Part shown: positions 1-9,588 of the stretch, one piece after another
How positions within the stretch are numbered: position 1 is the first letter of the stretch
Layout: each line of letters begins with the position of its first letter
NCBI GenBank assembly: GCA_963766075.1
Contig: CAVYAN010000026.1
Coordinates: 1-64,000 of the forward strand
Reading direction: 5' to 3'
Source of the DNA: an uncultured cyanobacterium
GTDB lineage: Bacteria; Cyanobacteriota; Cyanobacteriia; Leptolyngbyales; Leptolyngbyaceae
DNA length: 64,000 bases
Notes under the pieces: model-generated
Told to the model about the DNA's origin: nothing
Databases searched by the model: none
What the model saw: only the letters and a program-made list of their open reading frames with translations
Translations under genes and position numbers: made by a program

Positions 1-56
1 TCTGGCGTCTTCACCAAGCGGCCAACATCCACCCGACCGGAGACCTTGACGGCCAC
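1..56 (-). CDS. N-terminal fragment of the gene downstream of the transposase, probably a TnsC/TniB-like AAA+ ATPase (runs off the window)
   Basis: GTG at 54-56 lies 2 nt after the transposase stop and follows GGAGGGG; it reads MAVKVSGRVDVGRLVKTP. Identity is inferred only from gene order in Mu/Tn7/Tn5053-type elements. Confidence 0.4.
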   Translation of the reverse strand, partial: MAVKVSGRVDVGRLVKTP

Positions 57-58
57 TC

Positions 59-1552
59 TTACCCCTCCACCGAGAAGCTCTCGTCCACGCCCGGGAAGGC
101 CAGGGCGCGCACCGATGCAGAGCTGTCAACCCGCGGGAGCTTCCTGTCCCGTCGACCGGGCCTCACATAGACCACTTCTGGGTCCTTGCCCGCCTCAGTG
201 GTTGGTTCGAAGGTCGGGCGCGCGGCACGTTTCGCCCTCCTCACCTCCCGGTTAGCAGCACGAAGCTGCTCCTGCCGGCTTCGCCAGATGGCCACCTTCT
301 CGTCGCTCGTCATCTCCGACGTGTTGCTCGCAACGCCGATGAAGACCTTGCCGGCATTGTCAAAGACGTACACCTTCCTCTGATCGTGCGGCCAGTAGCG
401 CACCATGACGCGGTCACCCTTCCGACAGATGGTCTCCTCGGACGCGTACGTCCTTCCTGCCAGATGTATCCCGTCCTTCTGAATCGTCAACGAACCACTC
501 TTCATCAGCAGGAGTGCCGTCTTCTCCGGGCTGTCGATGGTGATAAGAGGGGTGGGGTCGCGGTCCCACGCCTCTGCCGGCGAGCAGCCGAGAGAGGTGT
601 GCTCGTCCTCATGATACGCGTCAATCAGCGTCGCTATTGCACCGTACACGTCGCTGTAGGCCACCCATCCATCCTCTCGAATGAACTGACGCTTCTTGTC
701 CACGGTCATCGGCCCGTCCGCGAACCCCGGGAACCCTTGCATGCGCAGCTGCACCGTCCAGTTGACGCGCTCTACTATGCCCTTTACGTTTGGGTGATAG
801 CCAATGTGAGGGGTGATAACCGTTCCGATGGTCATCATGGCCTCCTCGATGTGCTTGGACAGGAAGTCCGACCCGTTATCGATCAGCACGTTCTCTGGGA
901 TGCCATGGAACCGACCACGACCATCCGCGCAGATAGCCGCCGCCAGCGCTAGCGCAATGGTCGTCGAGTTTGGGTGTACCGAAATGACGAAGGCGACAAT
1001 CACCCGCGTACACGCGTCAATCACCGCTGTAAACCAGGGCTGTATCAGTCCACGCATCGGCCATGGCGCGATCACCCACCAGGGCAACTTGCAGTGGTCC
1101 ATCATGTAGGTGTGACCTCGGTAGAGCGTGTTCATCGGCAGGTACACGAGCGCATGGTCGCGGACGCCCCGGTCGCCATACCTGGCGAGTACCCGCTCGA
1201 CCCGGGGGATATCCCTCGCGACGGCTCTCCGGATCGTGGCGAGCGATGGTCGCGCTTCAGCAAAGAGGCCCGCAGCTACTGCCTGCCGTAGGAACTCTGC
1301 GACATTGTTTCCGGACTGGTACAGAAGGCCCTTCATCCGGTCGTCGAACACAATGAGCTTGCTACCCCGCGGCCTCCCCCTTGGGGAAGGATCGGAGGTC
1401 AACCACCGCCAGACGGTGGCGGGACTCACGCCGAAGTACTCGGCCGTCTCTCGGACCAGCTGTGTCTTTCTGCGAGGCTCTTCGGAAATCCTTCGCTTCA
1501 GTTCGTTCGTGGCGCGGCGCCGGATGATCTCCGCGTCCTTGGTCGCGGTCAC
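59..1552 (-). CDS. Mu/TnsB(TniA)-like DDE transposase/integrase
   Basis: N-terminal HTH (GVSPATVWRWL), DDE triad (MMDH, LIDNGSDF, KGIVERVN) and Mu-transposase C-terminal-like region (VMVRYWPHDQRKVYVF). Likely start is GTG 1552 with a GAGGAG RBS; the ORF track starts at 1666. Confidence 0.88.
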   Translation of the reverse strand: MTATKDAEIIRRRATNELKRRISEEPRRKTQLVRETAEYFGVSPATVWRWLTSDPSPRGRPRGSKLIVFDDRMKGLLYQSGNNVAEFLRQAVAAGLFAEARPSLATIRRAVARDIPRVERVLARYGDRGVRDHALVYLPMNTLYRGHTYMMDHCKLPWWVIAPWPMRGLIQPWFTAVIDACTRVIVAFVISVHPNSTTIALALAAAICADGRGRFHGIPENVLIDNGSDFLSKHIEEAMMTIGTVITPHIGYHPNVKGIVERVNWTVQLRMQGFPGFADGPMTVDKKRQFIREDGWVAYSDVYGAIATLIDAYHEDEHTSLGCSPAEAWDRDPTPLITIDSPEKTALLLMKSGSLTIQKDGIHLAGRTYASEETICRKGDRVMVRYWPHDQRKVYVFDNAGKVFIGVASNTSEMTSDEKVAIWRSRQEQLRAANREVRRAKRAARPTFEPTTEAGKDPEVVYVRPGRRDRKLPRVDSSASVRALAFPGVDESFSVEG

Positions 1553-1909
1553 GGAGCCTGCTCCTCGTCGGTGGTCGGGCCTTCCACCGGGTACCCCGGC
1601 CCGGTGCAGATGCGACGTCCGTCGGGACCCAACGTGGCCGACACGCCCGGGGCGCGAAGCCAGCACATAGCCTTGGTGGCTCTAGCGGCCTGTGTCTACA
1701 CACCCACCTACCGAGTCGGGGTGTTTGGGGTGCTCCTCGTGGTGGTGGTGGCCACGCTGTATTTTCTACTGTTTAGCCGCAACCACTTGGTGCCACAAGC
1801 CCCAGAGGAAGCAGCAGCAATCAGCATGAATTAATGCGTCATGCCTGAATTGAATGTCTGAATCGATTATCACAACATCGTCGTTTTTCGGAAGCCAACG
1901 GAAGTTTCT

Positions 1910-2932
1910 ATGTCTGGGTATTTTGCAGTCCATTCTCAAACCAAACTCTTTATCACCAGAGTTTTACTCAGCAGTACCCTGCTCTGGGGATGCTCCCTTA
2001 ATCCGGTCATCAGTCAAGCGCCCCTAGCCGCACAGACAGTGTCCGCATCGAAGCGGATCCAACCCCAGTTGGCAGCCCCTTTCGCCAACTTTTACTCCGT
2101 CGTTGATTTGGGAGTTGCGCCTATTCCACAACCCCTGGGTGACGACTCCTCAGCTGGATTAATGTTTTGGCCAAACAATCCCAATTTACTCGTGATTGGC
2201 GGTCCTGCCGGGAAGCCCAAGGCCGGTTTATATCTGATTCCGGTGATTCGTAATATCAGCAACCGCATTATTGGATTTGGCCCTTCTTTTCGCCACTTAA
2301 ATACTCCCGGACTCAGGAATGGTGGCATTGATGCCGGTTTAACGGCCAGCCCAGATGGCTCAGTCCTGTTTTACACGACCTATCCAGATAATGGACTTGG
2401 GCAAATTAGGCTGTATGGCCCCAATTTCCCGAATCCCAATCAACTCATCGATCTGACTTCCTTGGGAATTGCGCCTTCTGCGGGGGGCGTTAACTTTGTC
2501 CCACCGGGCTTTCCAGGCGCAGGGCGGCTGAAAATTACTTCTTATAATTCCGATATCGTCTACGACACTACGGTTTCATGGAACATTCTCTCAGGAGTCT
2601 TTAACATTGCGCGCCCGTCTTCTAGCGTCACTCTATCTGGAGGCATTGATACGATTACCTACATCAGAGCCGGAAACCCTGGATTTGCCCAGCATAGTAT
2701 GTTGGTGACGGAGTTTAACACGCACAAAATTAGTGCGTATCAACTGGATGCGGTGGGCAATCCCGTGCCTCAGACACGTCAGGATTTTCTGCTATCCGCA
2801 GGTAACCCATCCAATGCACCTTATTCAGTTCTCAGCGCGGTGACAGATCCGTTGACGGGTGATCTGTTAATTTCCACCTGGAACAACGGTAAAAGTCAAA
2901 TCCTTGCGGTGAGGGGCTTTACTCGGTTATGA
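1910..2932 (+). CDS. Exported hypothetical protein, possibly beta-propeller-like
   Basis: 340-aa ORF with a hydrophobic N-terminus ending in LWGC (lipobox-like) and a beta-rich Gly/Asp/Pro body. Confidence 0.7.
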   Translation: MSGYFAVHSQTKLFITRVLLSSTLLWGCSLNPVISQAPLAAQTVSASKRIQPQLAAPFANFYSVVDLGVAPIPQPLGDDSSAGLMFWPNNPNLLVIGGPAGKPKAGLYLIPVIRNISNRIIGFGPSFRHLNTPGLRNGGIDAGLTASPDGSVLFYTTYPDNGLGQIRLYGPNFPNPNQLIDLTSLGIAPSAGGVNFVPPGFPGAGRLKITSYNSDIVYDTTVSWNILSGVFNIARPSSSVTLSGGIDTITYIRAGNPGFAQHSMLVTEFNTHKISAYQLDAVGNPVPQTRQDFLLSAGNPSNAPYSVLSAVTDPLTGDLLISTWNNGKSQILAVRGFTRL

Positions 2933-3208
2933 GAAAATTTATGGCCTGAGGGGTAGACGCAATCTGTCCTCAAAGTAATTCCTCAAAGTAATTTTTATGG
3001 ATAGAAAACGGACGACGCAGTAGATGATTTGTGATAGTGCCCATTGCCATTACAGCGGTGCAGAAATTTAGACTTCGACATTGATTTTTAGGCCGAATGC
3101 TTTCACTGACGGGCGTTTAGCCGAACGGAAATGCAAGTAAATCAGCGCTTCAGGCCCGCTCTAAAGTCGCCCTAGAGCTGATGATACCCACACCAGGAAA
3201 ATATACTT

Positions 3209-4267
3209 ATGCTCAAGCATTTTAGAGTTCGTTCCCGAATCACGGCTTTTTTAATCGGAATTCTGTTACCCATTGCGTTATTTGGCGGCTATGCGTTCAA
3301 TCGAGGCACCAGCCAATTGCCCTTGCTGCAGTCCCCGCTGGTGGCGGCGTCTCCAGTTAGCGAACCGGTGAGTGAATCCGTGAGTGAAGTAGACGCAGCA
3401 GTCCCTGCCCAGTTGGCTAAGGCGATTGTTGCGGCCTGTCCCATGGCGGATCCGGGGGCGCAAAAGGCGCAAACTCAGTGTGCCGATAAATTGACGAAAC
3501 TTGCCCTGTTGCGAGATTCGATGGCGAGGGAGATTCGCTGGGGCGGCCAGAAGGTGGCCAATAACTACAACCTTAAAGAAAATCCCACCACATCCTTTGA
3601 TCCGTTGGTGTGGCGGCGCATGTATCTGTCTACGTTCATGTTTTCGGGTGAGCCCCGCGTGGAGGAGCAAGATAAACTCACCATCATTCACCTACCGGTT
3701 CAGTTCCGCAACAAATTAAGTGCGGGGGCTTTTCCCTATCCTTTTTGGCATTCTGAGAAGAAATGGACTTCCTATCAGCAGGCTAAGGAAGTGATGCTGA
3801 TCATGGAAAATGGCAAGATTACAGGCGCTTTGCGATCGCTGGACAAAGATCAGCAGCGCCCAGTGCTACCGCGCCAGTGGGATGGTCAATGGAGTTGGAA
3901 AAAGCAAGGTAAATCAGAGCCGAGTGTGGTGCTTTACCAGTCCTTGTTTTCCCCAGACAATCCCCATGTGAAGGCGCTGGATGCGACCTACCGAGCGTTT
4001 GAGAAGGAGATGCGGCCTCATAGTTGCTTGGCGTGTCACAGCCCTAACAATGCGACTAAGATGAACCCACTCCTGATTCTGAATTATCCGAATCAGGCAC
4101 TGACGCTCCGTCATGAAACTGTGCGAGAAATCGCAGAAAAACTCATGCCTCCCGAAGGCGGTATTGTTAATGATCAAGATCGGGAACGATTGGTGAAGCT
4201 GGCCGCAGACTTTGCCAAGATCGGGGATCAAGCCTTGGCCTATGAAGGTGAGCAGGTTATCCATTAA
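3209..4267 (+). CDS. Exported/membrane-anchored hypothetical protein with a single c-type heme motif
   Basis: N-terminal hydrophobic segment; CLACH (CxxCH) followed by an LMPP motif. Confidence 0.75.
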   Translation: MLKHFRVRSRITAFLIGILLPIALFGGYAFNRGTSQLPLLQSPLVAASPVSEPVSESVSEVDAAVPAQLAKAIVAACPMADPGAQKAQTQCADKLTKLALLRDSMAREIRWGGQKVANNYNLKENPTTSFDPLVWRRMYLSTFMFSGEPRVEEQDKLTIIHLPVQFRNKLSAGAFPYPFWHSEKKWTSYQQAKEVMLIMENGKITGALRSLDKDQQRPVLPRQWDGQWSWKKQGKSEPSVVLYQSLFSPDNPHVKALDATYRAFEKEMRPHSCLACHSPNNATKMNPLLILNYPNQALTLRHETVREIAEKLMPPEGGIVNDQDRERLVKLAADFAKIGDQALAYEGEQVIH

Positions 4268-4492
4268 CGCGTCATCCCTTCATTCTACTCACAGTCGCAG
4301 TTGCGGAATTTGAGTGATTCAGGGATGGTTACGCCTGACCATCCATTCCTCTGATTCAGCGTGATGGATGGTCAGGCTGATGGATAGTCAGGCTCGATAC
4401 AGGCAATAGATCCGCCCCCCTTAGGAAATTTCCAGTTTGCACCCTGAGCGGAGTCGAAGGGTGCACCGCTGATCCGGGGCGAGGGGCGTCGC

Positions 4493-7175
4493 TTAAACTA
4501 CTGCCGTTGTTGCCAGAGCTAGGGGGAGTCGCACCGTAAAAAATGTCCAACCGGACTGACTATGCACGGCGATCGCCCCCTGCATTGGCCGTAACTGTTT
4601 CTGCACGAGGGCTAACCCTAAGCCCGTACCACCGTGTTTCCAGGGATTATTATTCGGAATGCGATAGAAACGCTCAAAAATGCGATCGTCTTTCTCCAGG
4701 GGGAATTTCGACCCCGGAATTCGCCACCGTGATCACCATTTGCTCGGCATCAGCCTGTGCGGATACCTGAATGCGTTCTCCGGCGGGCGTGTATTTACAG
4801 GCATTATTGAGCAGCTCTCCCAAAATCCGCTCTAGTTGGTACAAATCCGCGCGCAACGGCGGTAAATCCGGTGGAACTTGGCAGTCCAACTGTTGCTGTT
4901 GCAGGCGCGTCCGATCAATAAAGGGTGCGGTAACGTGCGGCAACCAGGAGGATAGATAGATGGTGCTGATCACCGGACGATAGCCCCCAGCATCCAGCCG
5001 CGTCAACTCCAAAAGATTGTTGATGAGGTGAATTTCGCGTTCGCTTTGCTCTTTGAGAATTTGTACATAGAGGTTGAGTGAATTCGCGTCTACAGTGTGT
5101 AAATGATGCTGACGCAGATTGTTCTCTAACATTTGCACTGCCAGTTGAATGCTGGACATAGGCGTCCGCAATTCATGGGAAATTGTGCTGAGGAAGTCAT
5201 CCTTGAGGCGATCGAGGCGCGTCATGGCTTGCACTTGAGCCTGGGAGGCTTGATAGAGACGCGATTGGCGTAGGGCGATCGCACACTGGGTGGCAACCTG
5301 CTGCACAAGGCGAATGTCCTGTTCGGCAAAGCCGTAAAACGATCGATTGATCAACCACAAGCTGCCCAATACCCCTTGATCATCCAGAATCGGGCAGGCC
5401 AGCATGGCAACACGCCCTCGGCTGGGATTGGGGAGTAGGGAGCAAAACTGGAAATACTGCCCTTGCAGCAATTGAGTATAGAGTTCCGGGAAGTGATCCA
5501 TGTAAAACACTTGTCCCCGAGAGGGCGGTAGTGAATCAACCGCTTCAAATTTAATGGTCGAAATCCGCTGCTCCAAGTCAAATAGAGCTGCATTGCACAC
5601 CCCCACCTTTAAGCTGCTCGCCAGTGCTTCCACTGCCCCCTGCAAAATCTGGGTTTCATCCAGGGAATCGCGCACTTTATCGGTCACTTGTTTGAGGGTT
5701 GATTCAAATTGATAGGCCAGTTGTAATTGGGCGGCACGGGCCTGGGCTTTGCGCTCTAGGCTCATGTTCAGGCGCTGTTCCTGGCTGTGCAATTCAGCTT
5801 GCTGGATGGCAATCATCAATTGCTCGATAATGCGGTGAAGGGTTTCGGCTTCGCTTTGCTGCCAGGGCGAGGGGCGCACCAGATGGATGCTGCCCCAAAG
5901 CTGTGTGCCAAGGGTCAGGGGCAGAACCAACTCCGCCATGCCCGGTGTCGGGTCAAAGGGCGATCGCCCCACCCCTGGTCTAGGCTCTGGTTCGACTTCG
6001 GGTCCCAGTGCTGGTTCCAGTTCTGGCAGATAGATCGTTTCCCGTTGCCGCAGCCGTTCCCCCAGCGGATAGTCGGCCTCGGTCAGGGTAGCGCCAAGGG
6101 GATCCAGTTGCGTCGCAGGGCCATGATCGGCCACGACCTGCCAAAGGTGGCCCTGGAACCGCAGCAGGTTGACCTGTTCAGCAGACAGTAACCGGGCCAA
6201 TTCAGTCACTGTGGTGGTGTAAACAATATCTAGATTGAGGGAACTGCGAATCTTTTGAATTACACGATGGATGGCCTGCTCGTAACGACTGTGCGATCGC
6301 AATTGATCCTCGGCCCGTTGGCGATCGGTGACATCGGTGGCGACCAGCGTGACACTCCAGGCATGGGTCTGGGCATCGCGGCGGGCCGTCGCGGTGACGG
6401 CAATCCAGCGCAGTGTCCCATCCTTATGGTAAAACCGACAGGTTTCATTCAAGATAGGCCGAGTGGCCAACTGGGTCAATAGCGTGGACAGCCGAACTAA
6501 GGGCTGATCCTCGGGATGGACTCGCGCCAGCCACAGCGGCGGATCTGCCAGCAATTCCTCGGCAGTATAGCCATAGATCGCCAAGGCCCCAGGGGAACAG
6601 TAAGTGCAGTCCCACTGCGTATCTTCCGCTGACCCATTTGCCGCCGGCCCATCGACTCGGCGAAAGCTGGAAATGGCGGCGATCGCCCCCAATAAAGCTT
6701 CCTGAAGCTCGGCCTGCGATCGCCGCAACTCCATTTCCACCCGTTTACCCGCGTCTAATTCCTGGGTGAGTGCGTGATTGACTTGGTGTGGATCCCCGCC
6801 GTGGGCCAACTGGAGACGGGGCAAAAGACTTTCTAGAGTCAATAATCGGACCACTTCGCCCTGGTCATTGACGATCGGGAGGTATTGGACCCCATGTCGC
6901 CGCAGACAATCCCACACCGCGTCTAAGTCTTCGGCTTGCTCTGGACAAAGGGTAATAACGGGGGGAATCATCACCTCGGCAATGGGGCGATCGAGGGCCC
7001 CCTGACTGGCCAAGGCGCGCACTATATCCCGTGGTGTCACGATGCCCACTAGCCGTCCTGCTGCCACAACCAACGCCACGGGGGACTGGCTTTGATCCAG
7101 GACGGGCAAAACTTCCGCGAGCGGCATATCCGCCGATACTGTACATAGATCGGAAAGAGAGGTCGGAACAGGCAT
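4493..7175 (-). CDS. CBS-PAS-GAF-GAF sensor histidine kinase, frameshifted near 4690-4703
   Basis: CBS pair, PAS (VHPED, DGTLRWI), two GAF-like regions, H-box SHELRTP and N-box ELLNNACKY. The rest of the HATPase (DRIFERFYRIP...GGTGLGL) is in another frame and ends at TAA 4493-4495. Confidence 0.85.
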
Positions 7176-7402
7176 AAAAAGTGGGAAATGGCTCAGAACG
7201 ACGAATCTGAAATCACCTACAGCGGCAGGCTCGCCCGTGCCCTTGACTATGGCCCTTGACTATGGCTGTCTTTATAAAATGGCCGTCTTTGTAAAATAGG
7301 TTAGTTCGTGGAATATACCTGCCCTTGAAGATAACTTTGTTTTCTTAGAATAGAATTGATGTGAAGAAAATCTTTAGGTTTCACATCTCACGGATCTTCA
7401 CC

Positions 7403-8257
7403 ATGCCTACTGCTCTGCAACTGAAATCAAAGATCGCCTGCTTTGGGGGATGGGTCGAATTCTACAGCCACCGGTCTGAATGCTGCGCGGGGGAAATGCA
7501 GTTTTCCGTTTACCTGCCGCCCCAGGCCCAGTCGGGACGAGTGCCGGTGCTGTATTTTTTGGCAGGACTCACCTGCACAGAAGAAAATTTCATGATTAAG
7601 GCAGGGGCACAGCAATTTGCGGCGAAGTATGGTGTGATGCTGGTGGCTCCGGATACCAGCCCACGGGGGGCAGGGATTCCGGGAGAGGATGCCCAGTGGG
7701 ATTTAGGAACGGGGGCGGGCTTCTATGTGGATGCGACGACGGTACCTTGGGGATCGCACTATCGCATGTACAGCTACATCACCCAAGAGTTGCCTGCGGC
7801 GATCGCGGCCAATTTTCCGGTTTTTCCGGACCGCCAGGGTATTTTTGGGCATTCCATGGGTGGCCATGGGGCGTTAATTTGCGCCTTCAAAAATCCGGAT
7901 GCCTATCGCTCAGTGTCTGCCTTTGCCCCTATCGCTGCGCCGATGCGCTGTCCTTGGGGCCAACGGGCGTTTACAGAATATTTGGGGGCGAATCCGGAGG
8001 CGTGGCGAGCCTATGATGCCAGTGAGCTCATCGCCACCACCCGATTTGACCGCCCCATTCTGATTGACCAAGGTTTAGCAGATACCTTTCTCAAAGAGCA
8101 ATTGCTGCCTGAAGCCTTGGAAGCCGCTGCCGCCCACGCAGGGCGATCGCTCCTGCTGCGCCGCCATCCCGGCTATGACCATAGCTATTACTTCATTGCC
8201 TCGTTTATTGAGGATCACTTGCAGCATCACGCCAAACTATTGTTGCCACCCGCTTGA
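7403..8257 (+). CDS. fghA: S-formylglutathione hydrolase
   Basis: LYFLAGLTCTEENF, PDTSPRG, GHSMGGHGA nucleophile elbow and GYDHSYYFIASF. Confidence 0.95.
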   Translation: MPTALQLKSKIACFGGWVEFYSHRSECCAGEMQFSVYLPPQAQSGRVPVLYFLAGLTCTEENFMIKAGAQQFAAKYGVMLVAPDTSPRGAGIPGEDAQWDLGTGAGFYVDATTVPWGSHYRMYSYITQELPAAIAANFPVFPDRQGIFGHSMGGHGALICAFKNPDAYRSVSAFAPIAAPMRCPWGQRAFTEYLGANPEAWRAYDASELIATTRFDRPILIDQGLADTFLKEQLLPEALEAAAAHAGRSLLLRRHPGYDHSYYFIASFIEDHLQHHAKLLLPPA

Positions 8258-8889
8258 CTGCCGCAGGCTGTTGAATATGGTGATGTGGGTCAAGCCTTAC
8301 AGGCTAATTCGTGAGAGCAGGATCCGTTAAGCTTTTTATCTATTGCCAGTGGCAAGAAAAATGTTCCCTATAATTCCGTATAATATAAATGTGCCTGAGA
8401 AACTATCATCTAAACACCGCTACGCTTTAGAGTTTTACCCGGCTGGTTATGGTTTTATGTTCTGTTTTGATTCTTCGCGAATTAGAGCAGCTGCAATCCC
8501 TGTCTGCCTGACCTTAGTTGGGTATTGTAGACGTTTTCAAACGATTGGTTTTGCTTGAACAAGTTGAGGCTGTTTGAGCAAGTTGGAGTTATTTGAGGAA
8601 GTTGGTCTTATCGCCTAAGCATTCTGCCTAAGGTAACGATCGATAAAGCAAGCTTCCCATGGGGCGTTTCCGTAAGCGATTACAGATTTATAAGCGTTGG
8701 ATTTTGGTTGGCAACCTATCGTTCTGCCTTACTGTGGTGATGATGCCACTGTAGTGATGGTGGCAGTGTTTTGATGGCTGTTAATTATTGTGGTGTTGAC
8801 TCGTCTAACTGAGTTTTTATTCAACTGAGTAAATGCCAGATTTTGTGATCTTTTTGTCATCTTTTTTAAGAAGTGTTCAGGAGTTTAAA

Positions 8890-9456
8890 ATGTTTGCCAG
8901 AATTACGAATTTTGCTATTTTGAGCGCGATCGCCGTTTGTCTGCCCATGACAATTTTTTCGCCATCAGCCCGCGCGGATGGCGAAATGGGAGATGGACGG
9001 AGTGTATTTATCCATTCTCCGAAACTCATCCGCAGCGCCGCCAGTGCCTCAGCCATCCATGCTCCTGGCACCTATGAGTTCACTGTACAAGTACCAACCA
9101 ACGCGGGTGCTCCTCTGCAAGCTCTCCGAATTGTCCAAGAGCCCAACGTGGAGACTATCCATTTTGATTTGACTCAAAATCGCGCTTTTGAAGGTGATAG
9201 TTTTGCAAGTGGGCCAAATCTGCCCTTGGCTGCCATTGGTGGAGCGATGCCGCCGTCACAGGCCAATGAAATCACCGTGGTTTTTGATCCACCGATTGCC
9301 CCAGGCAAGACCGTGACGGTTTCCCTCGAATCTCCTCGCAATCCCATCCTCAGTAATGTGTACCTATTTGGCATAACCGCCTACCCCACTGGATACAATA
9401 GTCCAGGTCTATTTCTAGGCTATGGGCGGATTAATTTGCATAGTAATGGGCATTAG
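8890..9456 (+). CDS. DUF2808-like exported cyanobacterial protein
   Basis: Signal peptide, F..SPKL motif, VFDPPIAPGKTVTV, YLFGITAYP and LFLGYGRI. Confidence 0.75.
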   Translation: MFARITNFAILSAIAVCLPMTIFSPSARADGEMGDGRSVFIHSPKLIRSAASASAIHAPGTYEFTVQVPTNAGAPLQALRIVQEPNVETIHFDLTQNRAFEGDSFASGPNLPLAAIGGAMPPSQANEITVVFDPPIAPGKTVTVSLESPRNPILSNVYLFGITAYPTGYNSPGLFLGYGRINLHSNGH

Positions 9457-9588
9457 GGCAGGAATGCGGATTTAATCTGCTGATTTCCAGACAACAATCT
9501 ACCCCGGTGTACTCCATTGTGATCGGTAAAGTGATGTATACCCTGCCCATCACAATGGAGCATCGTTCTATTCTGACGGTGGTTGGAA

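Larger units (their letters stand above)
1..1877 (-). mobile_element. Partial Mu/Tn7/Tn5053-like transposon; candidate end near 1877
   Basis: Transposase plus downstream ORF, visibly higher GC and no HIP1 sites seen. On the minus strand the candidate end reads TGTTGTGATAATC followed by repeated ATTCA(G/T)-containing motifs. Confidence 0.5.

Noticed and set aside
1549..1668. 39-aa ORF (MCWLRAPG...) whose stop overlaps the transposase GTG
   Set aside because: No RBS or recognisable motif; cannot be supported.
1879..1902. CGTCGTTTTTCGGAAG resembling a Tn402/Tn5053 terminal repeat
   Set aside because: It lacks the terminal TG, points away from the transposase and has no repeated copies; probably chance.
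8343..8558. ORF 8343..8558, and similar intergenic ORFs at 14770..15000 and 43955..44275
   Set aside because: No motifs or convincing RBS, and they overlap probable promoter regions.
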